The notes: a model not told the origin generated them from the sequence alone. A stretch of 64,000 nucleotides of DNA from Usitatibacter sp. (GCA_035656735.1 DASRRY010000047.1:9500-73499); one strand, 5' to 3'. Numbered from the stretch's first letter, positions 10,501-21,462 are shown. Program-made: numbers and translations.

Positions 10501-11175
10501 TACTCGGCGCTCATGGTGATGAAGCACAAGTACGGGGATGCGAAGATGGCGCGCTTCCTCAAGTACGAGCTCGACTCGTACCTCGTGGGCCGCGCGACCG
10601 AGCGCAAGAGCGAGCAGCCGCTCTACCGCAACGAGAACCAGCCTTACATCCACTACCGCAAGGGCAGCCTCGCGATGTACGCGCTGCAGGACGCGATCGG
10701 CGAGGATGCGGTGAACCGGGCTCTCGCCTCGTTCGTGAGGAAGTGGGCGTTCAAGGGCCCTCCGTATCCGCTCTCGACCGACTTGCTGGCCGAGCTGCGC
10801 GCGGTGACGCCGCCGGAATACCAGGGCCTGCTCGCCGACCTCTTCGAGAAGATCACGCTGTACGAGAATCGCGCCATCTCGGCCACGTCACGGCCGCTCG
10901 CGAGCGGCCACTACGAGGTCACGCTCAAGGTCTCCGCGCGCAAGCTCTACGCCGACGGCAATGGTGCGCAGAAGGAGGCGCCCATGGACGAGTGGGTGGA
11001 CATCGGCGTGATCGGTGCCGGCGAGGAGCCGCTGTACCTCGAGAAACACCGCGTGAGGAGCGGCGAATCGACCTTCACGATCGACGTCGCGGGCAAGCCG
11101 GTGAAGGCCGGGATCGATCCGGTCGTGAAGCTCGTCGACCGCCGCCCCGAGGACAACACCGTCCCCGTGAACTAA
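7558..11175 (+). CDS. ABC-2 permease fused to an M1-family (gluzincin) metallopeptidase domain
   Basis: GTG start at 7558 overlaps the ATPase stop (GTGA). The N-terminal ~600 aa contain many hydrophobic helices. The C-terminal ~590 aa carry HEIAHQWW at 10414-10437 plus a downstream Glu (MMSETLAQY). The track ORF 7345.. is an upstream extension. Confidence 0.85.
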   Translation: MSTGALGAIARFEFATKLTRISTWVYFSVFAAVALLWMAAAGGAFASANVIFSADKVFINSPYAIAQTVTFLGMLGTVVIAAFMGRAVQQDFETLAFAFFFTSPITKAQYLFGRFIGAALVLMLIFVGIALGVLLGTHLPGVDATRVGPWSIAALVEPYFVMLLPNVLVLGAMFFALGALGRRMLPVYIAGVVVLVGYLIAGRLLADIDNRTVAALIDPMGSIALGVLTRYWSPDEKNQRLVPVANELLWNRALWLGVGVAAFAVCFGRFRVVQPGEEAWRRGRKARALEAAAAQAATPATPRAVPQAVVRRATGDYARQLPGVIALYLRETVKSPYFVAIVLTGALFILGNARVVGSIYGTNTYPVTYQVLEFASGTFGLFVLIVTAFYAGELVWRERDARVAQIADSLPTPTWLGFTAKLVTLFAMQALLQLVVMACGIAIQLASGYTHLELGQYLYRLFALQLPGFWMIAVLALTVHALVNHKYLGHFIVVLYYLFIVAAVSFGWQDRLYLFGGQPAIQYSDMNGYGHFIPAVRWFQLYWGAACIVLLVVARLAWVRGTDVEWRARLQRARSRLGIPLVATAVAAGVVFLATGAWIFYNTHVLNPYRDENKQEALRADYEKRYKAYATHPQPKVVGVKVDADIRPEAHDIRFRGEYQLRNRNPGPVTELLVNLPEEATVHALAASIPLKLEEERRDLSWRRFGLAQPLPPGGTMTLSFDLEYAARGFTNSGASKEVVDNGTFVNSGLLPVLGYQGRMELSLDRERKKHGLEPKERMPSLDAPGVRDRNYISSDGDWITFETTVSTDPDQVAIAPGYLQKEWTGNGRRHFHYAMDVPILDFYAFLSARYAVKRDAWHGPRGDVPIEIYYQPGHEYDLDAMIAGVKDGLAYDSANFGPYQHHQVRILEFPRYASFAQSFPNTIPFSEAIGFIAKVKPKDPKDIDYPYYVTAHEIAHQWWAHQVIGAYAQGATMMSETLAQYSALMVMKHKYGDAKMARFLKYELDSYLVGRATERKSEQPLYRNENQPYIHYRKGSLAMYALQDAIGEDAVNRALASFVRKWAFKGPPYPLSTDLLAELRAVTPPEYQGLLADLFEKITLYENRAISATSRPLASGHYEVTLKVSARKLYADGNGAQKEAPMDEWVDIGVIGAGEEPLYLEKHRVRSGESTFTIDVAGKPVKAGIDPVVKLVDRRPEDNTVPVN

Positions 11176-11223
11176 GCGACAGGAAGCGACAGTGGTCTGT
11201 CCCCTGTCGTTCCCCTGTCGTTT
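11174..11223. terminator. Compound inverted/tandem repeat between convergent genes (likely bidirectional terminator)
   Basis: AAGCGACAG occurs twice in tandem (11174-11193), then tggt, then CTGTC and a perfect tandem CCCCTGTCGTT x2 (11201-11222) ending in TTTT. CGACAG and CTGTCG are reverse complements. Confidence 0.45.
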
Positions 11224-11808
11224 TCAGAGGCCGGCGATGCGCCGGTCGACGAGCGCGAGGAAGCGCTTGCGCTCGTCGTCGCCGATGGAGTCCATCGCGT
11301 ACTGCGCGAGGAAGATCTTCTTCGCGCGCGGGTGCGCGAGGTTCGCGATGCCGCGCATGAGCGCGCGCCGGTTCGGGTCGCCGACCAGTGTCTCGTTGAT
11401 CGTGCGCGGAGCGCCATAGGTCGTCACGGCCGCGAAGCGCACGATGTGGTGCAGCCGCGAGCGGGGCTTGCCGTCGACCATCGTGAACGCGATGCCGGGA
11501 AGCCAGACGCGGTCGAGGTAGCCCTTGAGGATCGCCGGCATCCCGTAGAACCACGTGGGAAACACGAACGCGAGCCCCTGCGCCTCGCGCAGGCGGCGGA
11601 TATGCGACTCGACCTCCGGATGGGGCGCACCCTCGTCGTTGTACTTGCGGCGCTCCTCGTAGCCCAGCACCGGGTTGAAGCGCTCGGCGTAGAGGTCGCA
11701 ATCGTCGATGTCGTGACCGTTCGCCCGCAGGACCGCGACCACGCGCTCGTGCAGCGCCGCGTCGAAGCTGGCGGGATCGGGATGGGCGAAGAGGACGAGG
11801 TAACGCAT
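11224..11808 (-). CDS. Flavodoxin-like-fold NAD(P)H (quinone) oxidoreductase
   Basis: MRYLVLFAHPDPASF... and FVFPTWFYGMPAILKGYLDRV are typical of the Flavodoxin_2/NQO family. Start trimmed to ATG 11808 inside track ORF 11224..11949. Confidence 0.8.
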   Translation of the reverse strand: MRYLVLFAHPDPASFDAALHERVVAVLRANGHDIDDCDLYAERFNPVLGYEERRKYNDEGAPHPEVESHIRRLREAQGLAFVFPTWFYGMPAILKGYLDRVWLPGIAFTMVDGKPRSRLHHIVRFAAVTTYGAPRTINETLVGDPNRRALMRGIANLAHPRAKKIFLAQYAMDSIGDDERKRFLALVDRRIAGL

Positions 11809-11929
11809 GGGGGGCTTGGCCACGGAATGACCGCCACCAGGCTCCCGCGTTCGGGATGGGCCGTTGGAATCATCAACTTTCCGGTGGGGCGGCTGTCCCC
11901 CGGGTACCACCGTTTCCGGGGGAATCGCC

Positions 11930-12418
11930 ATGAAGCTCGCCACCGCCATCGCGGCCCTCGCCGCGGCCGCACCGATCGCCGCCCTCGCGCAAGCCGTCTA
12001 CCCGGCGCCGCGCGTGGTGCCCTATGACATGCCGCGCGACCTGTACGACACCTGCGCGGCGCGCCAGGACGCGCTGGCGCAGCGCCGGGCCGACCTCGAG
12101 CAGCGGCGTGCCGCGCTCGACCGCGAGAACGAGCGCCTTGCGCGCGAGGGCCAGCGGCTCGCGGAAGAGCTGCGCCGCCTCGACTCCCGCGACGCCAACG
12201 CCGTCGATCGCTACAACGAACGGCAGCAGCGGTACAACGAGCGCGTGGCCGAGCACAACCGCCGCGCCGCCGACATGAACGACGAGGCGTCGATGACGAA
12301 CGCCGACATCCAGTACATGCTCAACGATTGCGTCCCGCGCGGCTTCGTGTGGCGCGACCGCGACTGGTGGGAACGCGACCGGCCGTACTGGAACGGCGAC
12401 CGCTACCGGCTTCGCTGA
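11930..12418 (+). CDS. Secreted coiled-coil hypothetical protein
   Basis: Signal peptide MKLATAIAALAAAAPIAALAQA, a charged heptad-like region (RRADLEQRRAALDRENERLAREGQRLAEELRRL), and a W/R/D-rich tail. Confidence 0.6.
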   Translation: MKLATAIAALAAAAPIAALAQAVYPAPRVVPYDMPRDLYDTCAARQDALAQRRADLEQRRAALDRENERLAREGQRLAEELRRLDSRDANAVDRYNERQQRYNERVAEHNRRAADMNDEASMTNADIQYMLNDCVPRGFVWRDRDWWERDRPYWNGDRYRLR

Positions 12419-12423
12419 AACGC

Positions 12424-12446
12424 TCCCTCTTCCCCGGGAGAGAGGG
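12424..12446. terminator. GC-rich hairpin between convergent genes
   Basis: CCCTCTTCCCC/GGGAGAGAGGG imperfect palindrome in the 41-bp spacer between the coiled-coil gene and tex. Confidence 0.3.
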
Positions 12447-12459
12447 CCGCGTCAAGGGT

Positions 12460-14856
<2,397 letters not shown>

Positions 14857-14881
14857 CGAGCGATTTCCGTGGAGCGAATGA

Positions 14882-16405
14882 TCAGTAGCTGAGGCGCAGC
14901 GAGAGCCAGTCGGTCACGAGGCCGGCCTCGGCGTCGCGGTAGGCCTCGACATGGAACTGGAATGCGGCGACCTGGTATTGCGCGATGTTCGCCGAGAGCT
15001 GCGGGTCGGCGCCGCGCGCGAGGTTCACGATCTTCTGGAAATCATCGCCGTCGATGCGGAAGCTGAAGTCGATGTCCCCCGGGCAACTGCCGCCCTGCGT
15101 GTCGGCCGTGCACGCGAGGTAGTCGCCCGCGAGCCGCGTGCCGAAGAGCGGGCTCGCGCGGAAGACGGTGGACACGATGGTCGTTCCCGTCTGCACGTCG
15201 CGTCCCACGAAGTCGGCGGGAGCGTTCGTGCCGAAGGCCTGCAGCGTCACCCACAGGTGATGGCCCGTGGTCACGTCGCGAAAGTCCAGGAGCGGATGGC
15301 CGTAGACCTGGCTTTGCGCATCGGCACGGCGCACCGTCCGCACCGCCAGCTGCGTGCTGATCCAGAGGTCGCGATCGGCGTGCGGCGGCGCCCACGGAAA
15401 GATGACCGTGTTCGGCTGCAGCGTCGTGGGCTGCGCGATCAGCGGATACGTCGGGCTGATCGAGGCGTAGTCGCCGCCGGTGCGGTCGGTGCCGTTCACG
15501 TGCATCCCGATCGGCCCGTTGCCCACGTCCTCCACGAACGAGTGCTGCGCATCGAGCGCATGGTCCGGGGTGATGGCGGGCGCGTAGATCGTGTCCTGGG
15601 AGTTCGCGGCGAGCCAGCCGGTGACGTCGGCGAAGTCGCGCGTGTAATCGGGATTGGCCGGGTAATAACGCGGCGGCAGGTATTCGTCGAGGCGCGCGGT
15701 CATCGCGGGCAGGTTGCGCGCGGCGACGCAGGGCCTGCCATCGGAGGACGCCACGCCGCAATCGGCCGAAGGCGGATTGCCGCTGCCCATCATGTAGAAG
15801 CCCTGCTGCGTGTCACGCCCGGCGCCCTCGGCGCAGAACGCGAGGCCCTCGTCGACCCATCCGGCCTGCAGCATCTTCGCGCGCACGCGCGCATCGCTGC
15901 CATAGCGGTGGTTCGAGTCGAGCTCGGCGGCGCGGTGGTTGTACGCGCGCCAGATCGGCGCCTGCGTGGCGCTGCACGCGCCACCCGAAGGCACGTTCAC
16001 CTTGAAGTCGGTCTTCTCGAAGACCCAGCCGGTGTCGTGCGTCTTCAGGAAATCGCATTCCGCCGCATCCGCAGTGTAGAAATGCGAGTTCGTGGGCGCC
16101 GGCGCGTAGAAGCGGCACACGGGGAGCGCCGTCGCCGCGTCGTCGCGCGTCTCGGAGAGCTGGTAGGCCGTGAAGTTGTAGCCGGTGTAGCGCCATCCGG
16201 GCCCCGCGGCGCCGTTCTCGACGGCGTTGATCTCGGCGCCGTCCGTGAGCAGGACGTAGTGGCCGGTGAAGTCGTTCACGTATTCGCGCACCGGCGCATA
16301 GGCCATGGGCGGCGGGCCGATCCAGAAAGCGGCGGCGGGAAACGCGGCGACGAGGAGCGCGAGCGCGCCCCAAAGGCGGCGCGCGAGACACGGGACCGGC
16401 GACAT
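14882..16405 (-). CDS. Secreted hypothetical protein with three HFYT-type (DUF5648-like) repeats and an uncharacterised C-terminal domain
   Basis: Start trimmed to ATG 16405 (signal peptide [26 protein letters not shown]). Repeats include [26 protein letters not shown]...GWVFE and IWRAYN...HRYG...[13 protein letters not shown]. Confidence 0.7.
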   Translation of the reverse strand: MSPVPCLARRLWGALALLVAAFPAAAFWIGPPPMAYAPVREYVNDFTGHYVLLTDGAEINAVENGAAGPGWRYTGYNFTAYQLSETRDDAATALPVCRFYAPAPTNSHFYTADAAECDFLKTHDTGWVFEKTDFKVNVPSGGACSATQAPIWRAYNHRAAELDSNHRYGSDARVRAKMLQAGWVDEGLAFCAEGAGRDTQQGFYMMGSGNPPSADCGVASSDGRPCVAARNLPAMTARLDEYLPPRYYPANPDYTRDFADVTGWLAANSQDTIYAPAITPDHALDAQHSFVEDVGNGPIGMHVNGTDRTGGDYASISPTYPLIAQPTTLQPNTVIFPWAPPHADRDLWISTQLAVRTVRRADAQSQVYGHPLLDFRDVTTGHHLWVTLQAFGTNAPADFVGRDVQTGTTIVSTVFRASPLFGTRLAGDYLACTADTQGGSCPGDIDFSFRIDGDDFQKIVNLARGADPQLSANIAQYQVAAFQFHVEAYRDAEAGLVTDWLSLRLSY

Positions 16406-16574
16406 TGCAAAGACCTCTGCATCTTCGCGGACGCAACGACGCTGGAACACCGCACGCCAGTACGACCGCGAACGGATGGAACGGTTGCGCGATACGACGC
16501 CCCGATTATAAGGGGGCCGCCCGTTGTACGATAGCGTGCGAGGTCCCGCATGAGGACCCTTTCGGAGGAAATCC

Positions 16575-17537
16575 GTGTCGTTCAAACGCTGGATGGTCGC
16601 CGCGGCGGCCCTTCTGTTCGCATTCGCGGCGCAGGCCGACGATTATCCCGACAAGCCGATCCGGCTCATCGTGCCTTTCCCGCCCGGGGGCGGCACCGAC
16701 ATCATGTCGCGCGTCGTGGCCCAGAAGCTTTCGGAGGCGAAGCACTGGACGGTGGTGATCGAGAATCGCCCCGGTGCCGGCGGCAACATCGGCATCGAGG
16801 CGGCGGCCAAGTCCCGGCCCGACGGCTACACGCTCGTCATGGGGCAGACCAGCAACCTCGCGATCAACCCGACGCTCTACAAGGCCTTGCCGTACGACCC
16901 GCTGGGGGACCTGGCGCCCGTCGTGCTCGTGGGCCAGGGACCGGCGGCGATCGCGGTGCGCGCCGAGTCCCCGATGAAGTCGCTGGCGGACCTCATCCGG
17001 ACGGCGCAGGCGAAACCCGGGCAGGTGACGATGGCCACGCCGGGCAATGGAACGGTGGCGCACCTCTCGGGCGTGCGCCTGATGCAGGCCGCGGGGGTGC
17101 AGTTCGAGCACATCCCCTACAAGGGCGCGTCCGCCGCGCTTCCCGACCTCATGGGGGGCAACGTCGATTTCTACATGTCGTCAGTGCCGAGCGTGCAGGG
17201 CCACGTCGCGAGCGGCAAGCTGCGCGCGCTCGCCGTCACCTCGCTCAAGCGCTCGCCGGTCTTCCCCGATACGCCCACCGTCGCCGAGACCTTTCCCGGC
17301 TTCAACGCGGTGACCTGGTTCGGCATCCTGGCGCCGGCGGGCACGCCGAAGGCGATCGTGGACAAGCTGAATGGCGAGATCAACGCGGTCCTCAAGGACC
17401 CGTCGGTGCGCAAGGCCATCGAGAAGGAAGGCGGCAGCGTCGAGGGCGGCACGGCGCAACAGTTCCACGATTTCATCCGCGACGAGATGGCGAGCTGGGC
17501 CGTGGTGGTGAAGCAGTCGGGCGCGAAGATCGACTGA
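16575..17537 (+). CDS. Bug-family (TctC-like) tripartite tricarboxylate transporter substrate-binding protein
   Basis: Signal peptide, then DYPDKPIRLIVPFPPGGGTDIMSRVVA, HIPYKGASAAL and FGILAPAGTPKAIVDKLN, all typical Bug motifs. GTG start follows GGAGGAAA. Confidence 0.9.
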   Translation: MSFKRWMVAAAALLFAFAAQADDYPDKPIRLIVPFPPGGGTDIMSRVVAQKLSEAKHWTVVIENRPGAGGNIGIEAAAKSRPDGYTLVMGQTSNLAINPTLYKALPYDPLGDLAPVVLVGQGPAAIAVRAESPMKSLADLIRTAQAKPGQVTMATPGNGTVAHLSGVRLMQAAGVQFEHIPYKGASAALPDLMGGNVDFYMSSVPSVQGHVASGKLRALAVTSLKRSPVFPDTPTVAETFPGFNAVTWFGILAPAGTPKAIVDKLNGEINAVLKDPSVRKAIEKEGGSVEGGTAQQFHDFIRDEMASWAVVVKQSGAKID

Positions 17538-17550
17538 TGCGGATGGCGTC

Positions 17551-18267
17551 ATGAGCGGGATGCTCAAGGTCCGCGTCTGGCGCGGACGCGAGGATGGGCG
17601 GTTCGCGGCGTACGAAGTGCCGCGCCACGAGAGCCAGACGGTGCTCGACGTGGTGACGTACATCCAGCGCGCGCTCGAGCCCTCGCTCGCCTATCGCTAC
17701 GCCTGCCGCGTCGGCATGTGCGGCTCCTGCGCGATGACGGTGAACGGTGTCGCGCGCTGGACCTGCCGCACGCACGTCTCGCGCGTCGCGAAGGAGGGCG
17801 AGCTCGAGGTGGCGCCGCTGTCGAACCTGCCCATCATCAAGGACCTCGCGACCGACATGACGGATTTCTTCGACAAGTGGGCGCGCGCGCGCGGCCGCTT
17901 CAAGGGCGCGCAGACGCGCCGCGAGGATTTCGCGCGCGTGGAGCCCGCGTCGAGCGCGCGGCGCGAGGCCGACGCCGGCATCGAGTGCATCGGCTGCGGC
18001 GTCTGCTACGCGTCGTGCGACGTCGTGGCATGGCGGCCCGACTTCCTCGGGCCCGCCGCGTTGAACCGCGCCTGGACCCTGGTGAACGATGCCCGCGACG
18101 TCGAGCGGCGCGAGCGCCTCGCGGCCGTCGCGGGCGACGCGGGATGCCACGCCTGCCATACGCAGGGCTCGTGCACCGAGCGCTGCCCGAAGCATCTCGA
18201 GCCCACGCGGGCCATCGCGGGACTGAAGCGCCTCGTCGCCAAGGCCGCCGGACGGGGCGAGCTGTGA
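17551..18267 (+). CDS. Succinate dehydrogenase/fumarate reductase-type iron-sulfur subunit
   Basis: 2Fe-2S CRVGMCGSC..C, 4Fe-4S CIGCGVCYASC, 3Fe-4S CHTQGSCTERCP. Confidence 0.9.
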   Translation: MSGMLKVRVWRGREDGRFAAYEVPRHESQTVLDVVTYIQRALEPSLAYRYACRVGMCGSCAMTVNGVARWTCRTHVSRVAKEGELEVAPLSNLPIIKDLATDMTDFFDKWARARGRFKGAQTRREDFARVEPASSARREADAGIECIGCGVCYASCDVVAWRPDFLGPAALNRAWTLVNDARDVERRERLAAVAGDAGCHACHTQGSCTERCPKHLEPTRAIAGLKRLVAKAAGRGEL

Positions 18268-18608
18268 CGCCGGCCGCGCGCGAGGCGCGCCTCTGGTACT
18301 GGCAGCGCATGAGCGCGATGGTGCTGGCCGCCTGCGTGCTGGTGCACCTGGCCACGATCGTCTACGCCGTCCACCACGGCCTCACGGCGACCGAGATCCT
18401 GTCGCGCACGCGCGGCAGCCTCGTCTTCGGCGCCTTCTATGTCGTGTTCCTCGCGGCATGCGCGGTGCACGTGCCGATCGGGCTCGCGGCGATCCTCGAG
18501 GAGTGGTTCCGCATTCCCCGCGGCGGCGCGCGCATCGTCGCGGCGGTCTTCGCCGCCGCCATCGTGGGCTTCGGCGTGGCGGCGCTGGAAGGCGTGGTGT
18601 TCGCATGA
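18264..18608 (+). CDS. Sdh/Frd-type hydrophobic membrane anchor subunit (SdhD-like)
   Basis: GTG at 18264 overlaps the preceding stop (GTGA). Three hydrophobic helices. WYWQRMSAMVL and HVPIGLAAILEEW resemble SdhD anchor motifs. Confidence 0.7.
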   Translation: MTPAAREARLWYWQRMSAMVLAACVLVHLATIVYAVHHGLTATEILSRTRGSLVFGAFYVVFLAACAVHVPIGLAAILEEWFRIPRGGARIVAAVFAAAIVGFGVAALEGVVFA

Positions 18609-18961
18609 GGCGCTTCAACGACGCGCGGGCGCGCTCCCATGCGTCTTACTGGGCGTTCGTGGTCCACCGCGTCTCGGGGCTCGCCCTGGCGCTCTTCCTG
18701 CCGGTGCATCTCTGGGCGCTCGCCCGGGCGATCCACGGCGAGGCCGCGCTCGACGGCTTCCTGCGCGCGGTGGACCGGCCGGCGTTCAAGCTGGCCGAAT
18801 GGGGCCTCGTGGTGCTTCTCGCGCTGCACGCCGCGGGAGGCGTAAGGTTGTTGCTGATCGAGTTCGGAAACTGGTCCGGCCTGCGCAAGGACCTGATCGC
18901 GCTGTCCGCCGGCTTCGGCGTCATCGCGGGCCTCGCCTTCGCGCTCGCCCTTTTCTACTAG
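18605..18961 (+). CDS. Sdh/Frd-type membrane anchor subunit (SdhC/FrdC-like)
   Basis: ATG at 18605 overlaps the preceding stop (ATGA). Three hydrophobic helices. HRVSGLALALFLPVH and LLALHAAGG resemble cytochrome-b/FrdC-type anchors. Confidence 0.7.
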   Translation: MRRFNDARARSHASYWAFVVHRVSGLALALFLPVHLWALARAIHGEAALDGFLRAVDRPAFKLAEWGLVVLLALHAAGGVRLLLIEFGNWSGLRKDLIALSAGFGVIAGLAFALALFY

Positions 18962-18982
18962 AACAAAACCCGGAGGAGCAAG

Positions 18983-19960
18983 ATGCAACGTCGTACGCTT
19001 TTGAAGGCTGCCGCAGTCGTCGTCGCCGCGCTCACGGCCCCATGGGCCGCCGCGCAATCGGGCTGGCCCACGCGCCCCGTGACGCTCATCGTGCCGTTCT
19101 CCGCCGGCGGCACCACCGACATCGTCGCGCGCCTCGTGGGGGCGCGCCTGTCGCAGGTCTGGGGCCAACCGGTGGTGGTCGAGGATCGTCCCGGCGCCGG
19201 CGGCAACATCGGCGCGGGCGTCGTGGCCAAGGCGCCGCCGGACGGCTACACCCTGCTCGTGCCGTCGGGAAGCATCCTCACGGTGAACCCGCACATCTAC
19301 AAGGACATGGGCTTCGACGTGCAGAAGGACCTGGTACCCATCACCGACATCGCCTCGGGCCCGATGGTGGTCGTGGTGAACCCGAACGTGAAGGCGCGCA
19401 ACCTGAAGGAGCTGATCTCGCTCGCGAAGTCCGAGCCGGGCCAGATCAATTTCGGCTCCGCCGGCGTCGGCAGCCAGGTGCACATGGCGGGGGAGAACTT
19501 CGCCGACGCCGCGGGCATCGACATCAGGCACATCCCGTACAAGGGCGAAGCGATGGGGCTGAACGACCTCATGGGCGGCCAGATCCAGCTCATGGTCGGC
19601 AACATCGCGGCCGCGTCGAACTTCGTGAAGAGCGGGCGCCTGCGCGCGCTCGCCGTCACGAGCCGCGAGCGCTCGCCGATGATGCCCGACGTGCCGACCG
19701 CCGACGAGGCCGGACTGGCGGGCTTCGAGAGCGTGGGCTGGTTCGGGCTCATGGCGCCCGCCGGCACGCCGCACGCGATCGTGGCCAAGATCCAGGCCGA
19801 CACGGCGAAGGTGCTGCAAACCGCCGACGTGAAGACGGCGTTGGCCGCCCAGGGCATGGTGCCGGTGGGCAACAAGCCCGAGGAGATGGCGCAAGCCGTC
19901 GCCGAGGAATCGAGGAAGTGGGCGAGAGTCGTCGCCAACCGCCATTTGCAGGCGCATTGA
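18983..19960 (+). CDS. Bug-family (TctC-like) substrate-binding protein
   Basis: Signal peptide, then WPTRPVTLIVPFSAGGTTDIVARLV, HIPYKGEAMGL and FGLMAPAGTPHAIVAKI. Confidence 0.9.
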   Translation: MQRRTLLKAAAVVVAALTAPWAAAQSGWPTRPVTLIVPFSAGGTTDIVARLVGARLSQVWGQPVVVEDRPGAGGNIGAGVVAKAPPDGYTLLVPSGSILTVNPHIYKDMGFDVQKDLVPITDIASGPMVVVVNPNVKARNLKELISLAKSEPGQINFGSAGVGSQVHMAGENFADAAGIDIRHIPYKGEAMGLNDLMGGQIQLMVGNIAAASNFVKSGRLRALAVTSRERSPMMPDVPTADEAGLAGFESVGWFGLMAPAGTPHAIVAKIQADTAKVLQTADVKTALAAQGMVPVGNKPEEMAQAVAEESRKWARVVANRHLQAH

Positions 19961-19970
19961 GGAAGGCCCC

Positions 19971-20846
19971 ATGCAGGTCGATCTGACGCAGGTCGAGGAA
20001 GCGGCGAAGGACCTCTACATCCGCGCGCTGAAGGTGCTTCCCGACGACGTGAAGCAGGGCATCGCTCGCCTCGCCGCGAGCGAGACGAACGAGCGTGCGC
20101 GCACCGTGCTGGGCACCATCGTCACCAACATCCGCGTGGCCGAGGAGACCGACAACCTCACGTGCCAGGACACGGGAGTCCCGATCTACAACGTGACGAT
20201 CGGCCGCGGGGTGAACGTCGATGGCGTGGACCTCGAGGCCGCCATCGTGCGCGGCTGCGCGCGCGCCACGCGCGAGCACCCGTTGAGATCCTCGGTGGTG
20301 CATCCGCTCACGCGCGACAACGACCACACGTCATGCGGCATCCGCATCCCCGTGATCAACGTGCAGTTCTCGGACGCGCGCGACGAGCTCACGCTGGAGA
20401 TGATCCCGAAGGGCAGCGGCAGCGAGAACAACACGTTCCTGCGCATGGCGATTCCCGCCGAGGGCGTCGCGGCGATCAAGACCTTCGTGGTCGATTGCGT
20501 GATCGCGGCCGGGGGCAAGACCTGCCCGCCGACCATCGTCGGCGTGGGCATCGGCGGCTCCGCCGACCTGTGCGTGCACCTGGCGAAGATCGCCGCGACC
20601 AGCCGCCCGCTCGGCAGCCGCTGCGCCGATGCCGAGGGCGCGAAGCTCGAGGAGCAGCTCACCGCCGCCGTGAACCGGCTCGGCGTGGGCCCCCAGGGAT
20701 TGGGCGGCGACTCGACCGCCTTCGCCGTGCACGTCGAGCTCGCGGCGACCCATATCACGATGAATCCGGTCGCGGTCAACATGCAGTGCCACGCGGTGCG
20801 CCGCGCGTCGGCCACCTTCACGCCCGGCGGCGTCCGGTACCACTGA
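19971..20846 (+). CDS. Fe-S-dependent hydro-lyase alpha subunit (L-tartrate dehydratase TtdA / class I fumarase alpha type)
   Basis: CQDTGVPIY cluster-ligand motif plus downstream Cys in GGKTCPP and MQCHA. Size is ~290 aa. Confidence 0.88.
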   Translation: MQVDLTQVEEAAKDLYIRALKVLPDDVKQGIARLAASETNERARTVLGTIVTNIRVAEETDNLTCQDTGVPIYNVTIGRGVNVDGVDLEAAIVRGCARATREHPLRSSVVHPLTRDNDHTSCGIRIPVINVQFSDARDELTLEMIPKGSGSENNTFLRMAIPAEGVAAIKTFVVDCVIAAGGKTCPPTIVGVGIGGSADLCVHLAKIAATSRPLGSRCADAEGAKLEEQLTAAVNRLGVGPQGLGGDSTAFAVHVELAATHITMNPVAVNMQCHAVRRASATFTPGGVRYH

Positions 20847-20847
20847 C

Positions 20848-21462
20848 ATGGCGCATCACGACGTCGACATGCCGGTGGACGAGGCGACCGTGCGCGCGTG
20901 GAACGTGGGCGATACCGTCACGCTCAACGGAACGCTGTACGGCATCCGCGACCGCACCCAGATCGAGATGTTCGACCGCCAGCGCAAGACGCGCTTCGAC
21001 CTGCGGGGCCACGCCGTGATCCACACGGCGCCCAACGTGCGCAAGGTCGAGAAGAGCGCGAGATTCCCCGCGGGCTACGAGCCGATCTGCGTGGGGACCA
21101 CGACCTCGGCGCGCATGGAACGCTTCACCCGGCCGCTCATGCGGCAATACGGCGTGCGCATCGTGATCGGCAAGGGCGGCCTGCAGGAGGATTCGGGCGC
21201 GTCCTTCCGCGAGATGGGCGGAGTCTACCTCGCGATCATCGGCGGCGCGGCGGCCCTGGAGACCACGTGGATCGAGGCGATCGAGGATGTGGACCTCGAC
21301 GACGTCAATCCCGAGTCGCTCTGGAAGTTCCGCGTGAAGGGATTCGGGCCGCTCCTCGTGGGCATGGATTCGCACGGCGGCAACCTCTACACCGAGGTGG
21401 CGAACGAGTCGCAATCGCGCCGCGCGGCGGTCCTCGCCTCGCTCGGCGTGACAGCGAAATGA
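20848..21462 (+). CDS. Fe-S-dependent hydro-lyase beta subunit (TtdB / class I fumarase beta type)
   Basis: LNGTLYGIRDRTQ, VIHTAPNV, IGKGG and GPLLVGMDSHGGNLY motifs of the beta-subunit swivel domain. One-bp spacer after the alpha subunit. Confidence 0.88.
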   Translation: MAHHDVDMPVDEATVRAWNVGDTVTLNGTLYGIRDRTQIEMFDRQRKTRFDLRGHAVIHTAPNVRKVEKSARFPAGYEPICVGTTTSARMERFTRPLMRQYGVRIVIGKGGLQEDSGASFREMGGVYLAIIGGAAALETTWIEAIEDVDLDDVNPESLWKFRVKGFGPLLVGMDSHGGNLYTEVANESQSRRAAVLASLGVTAK

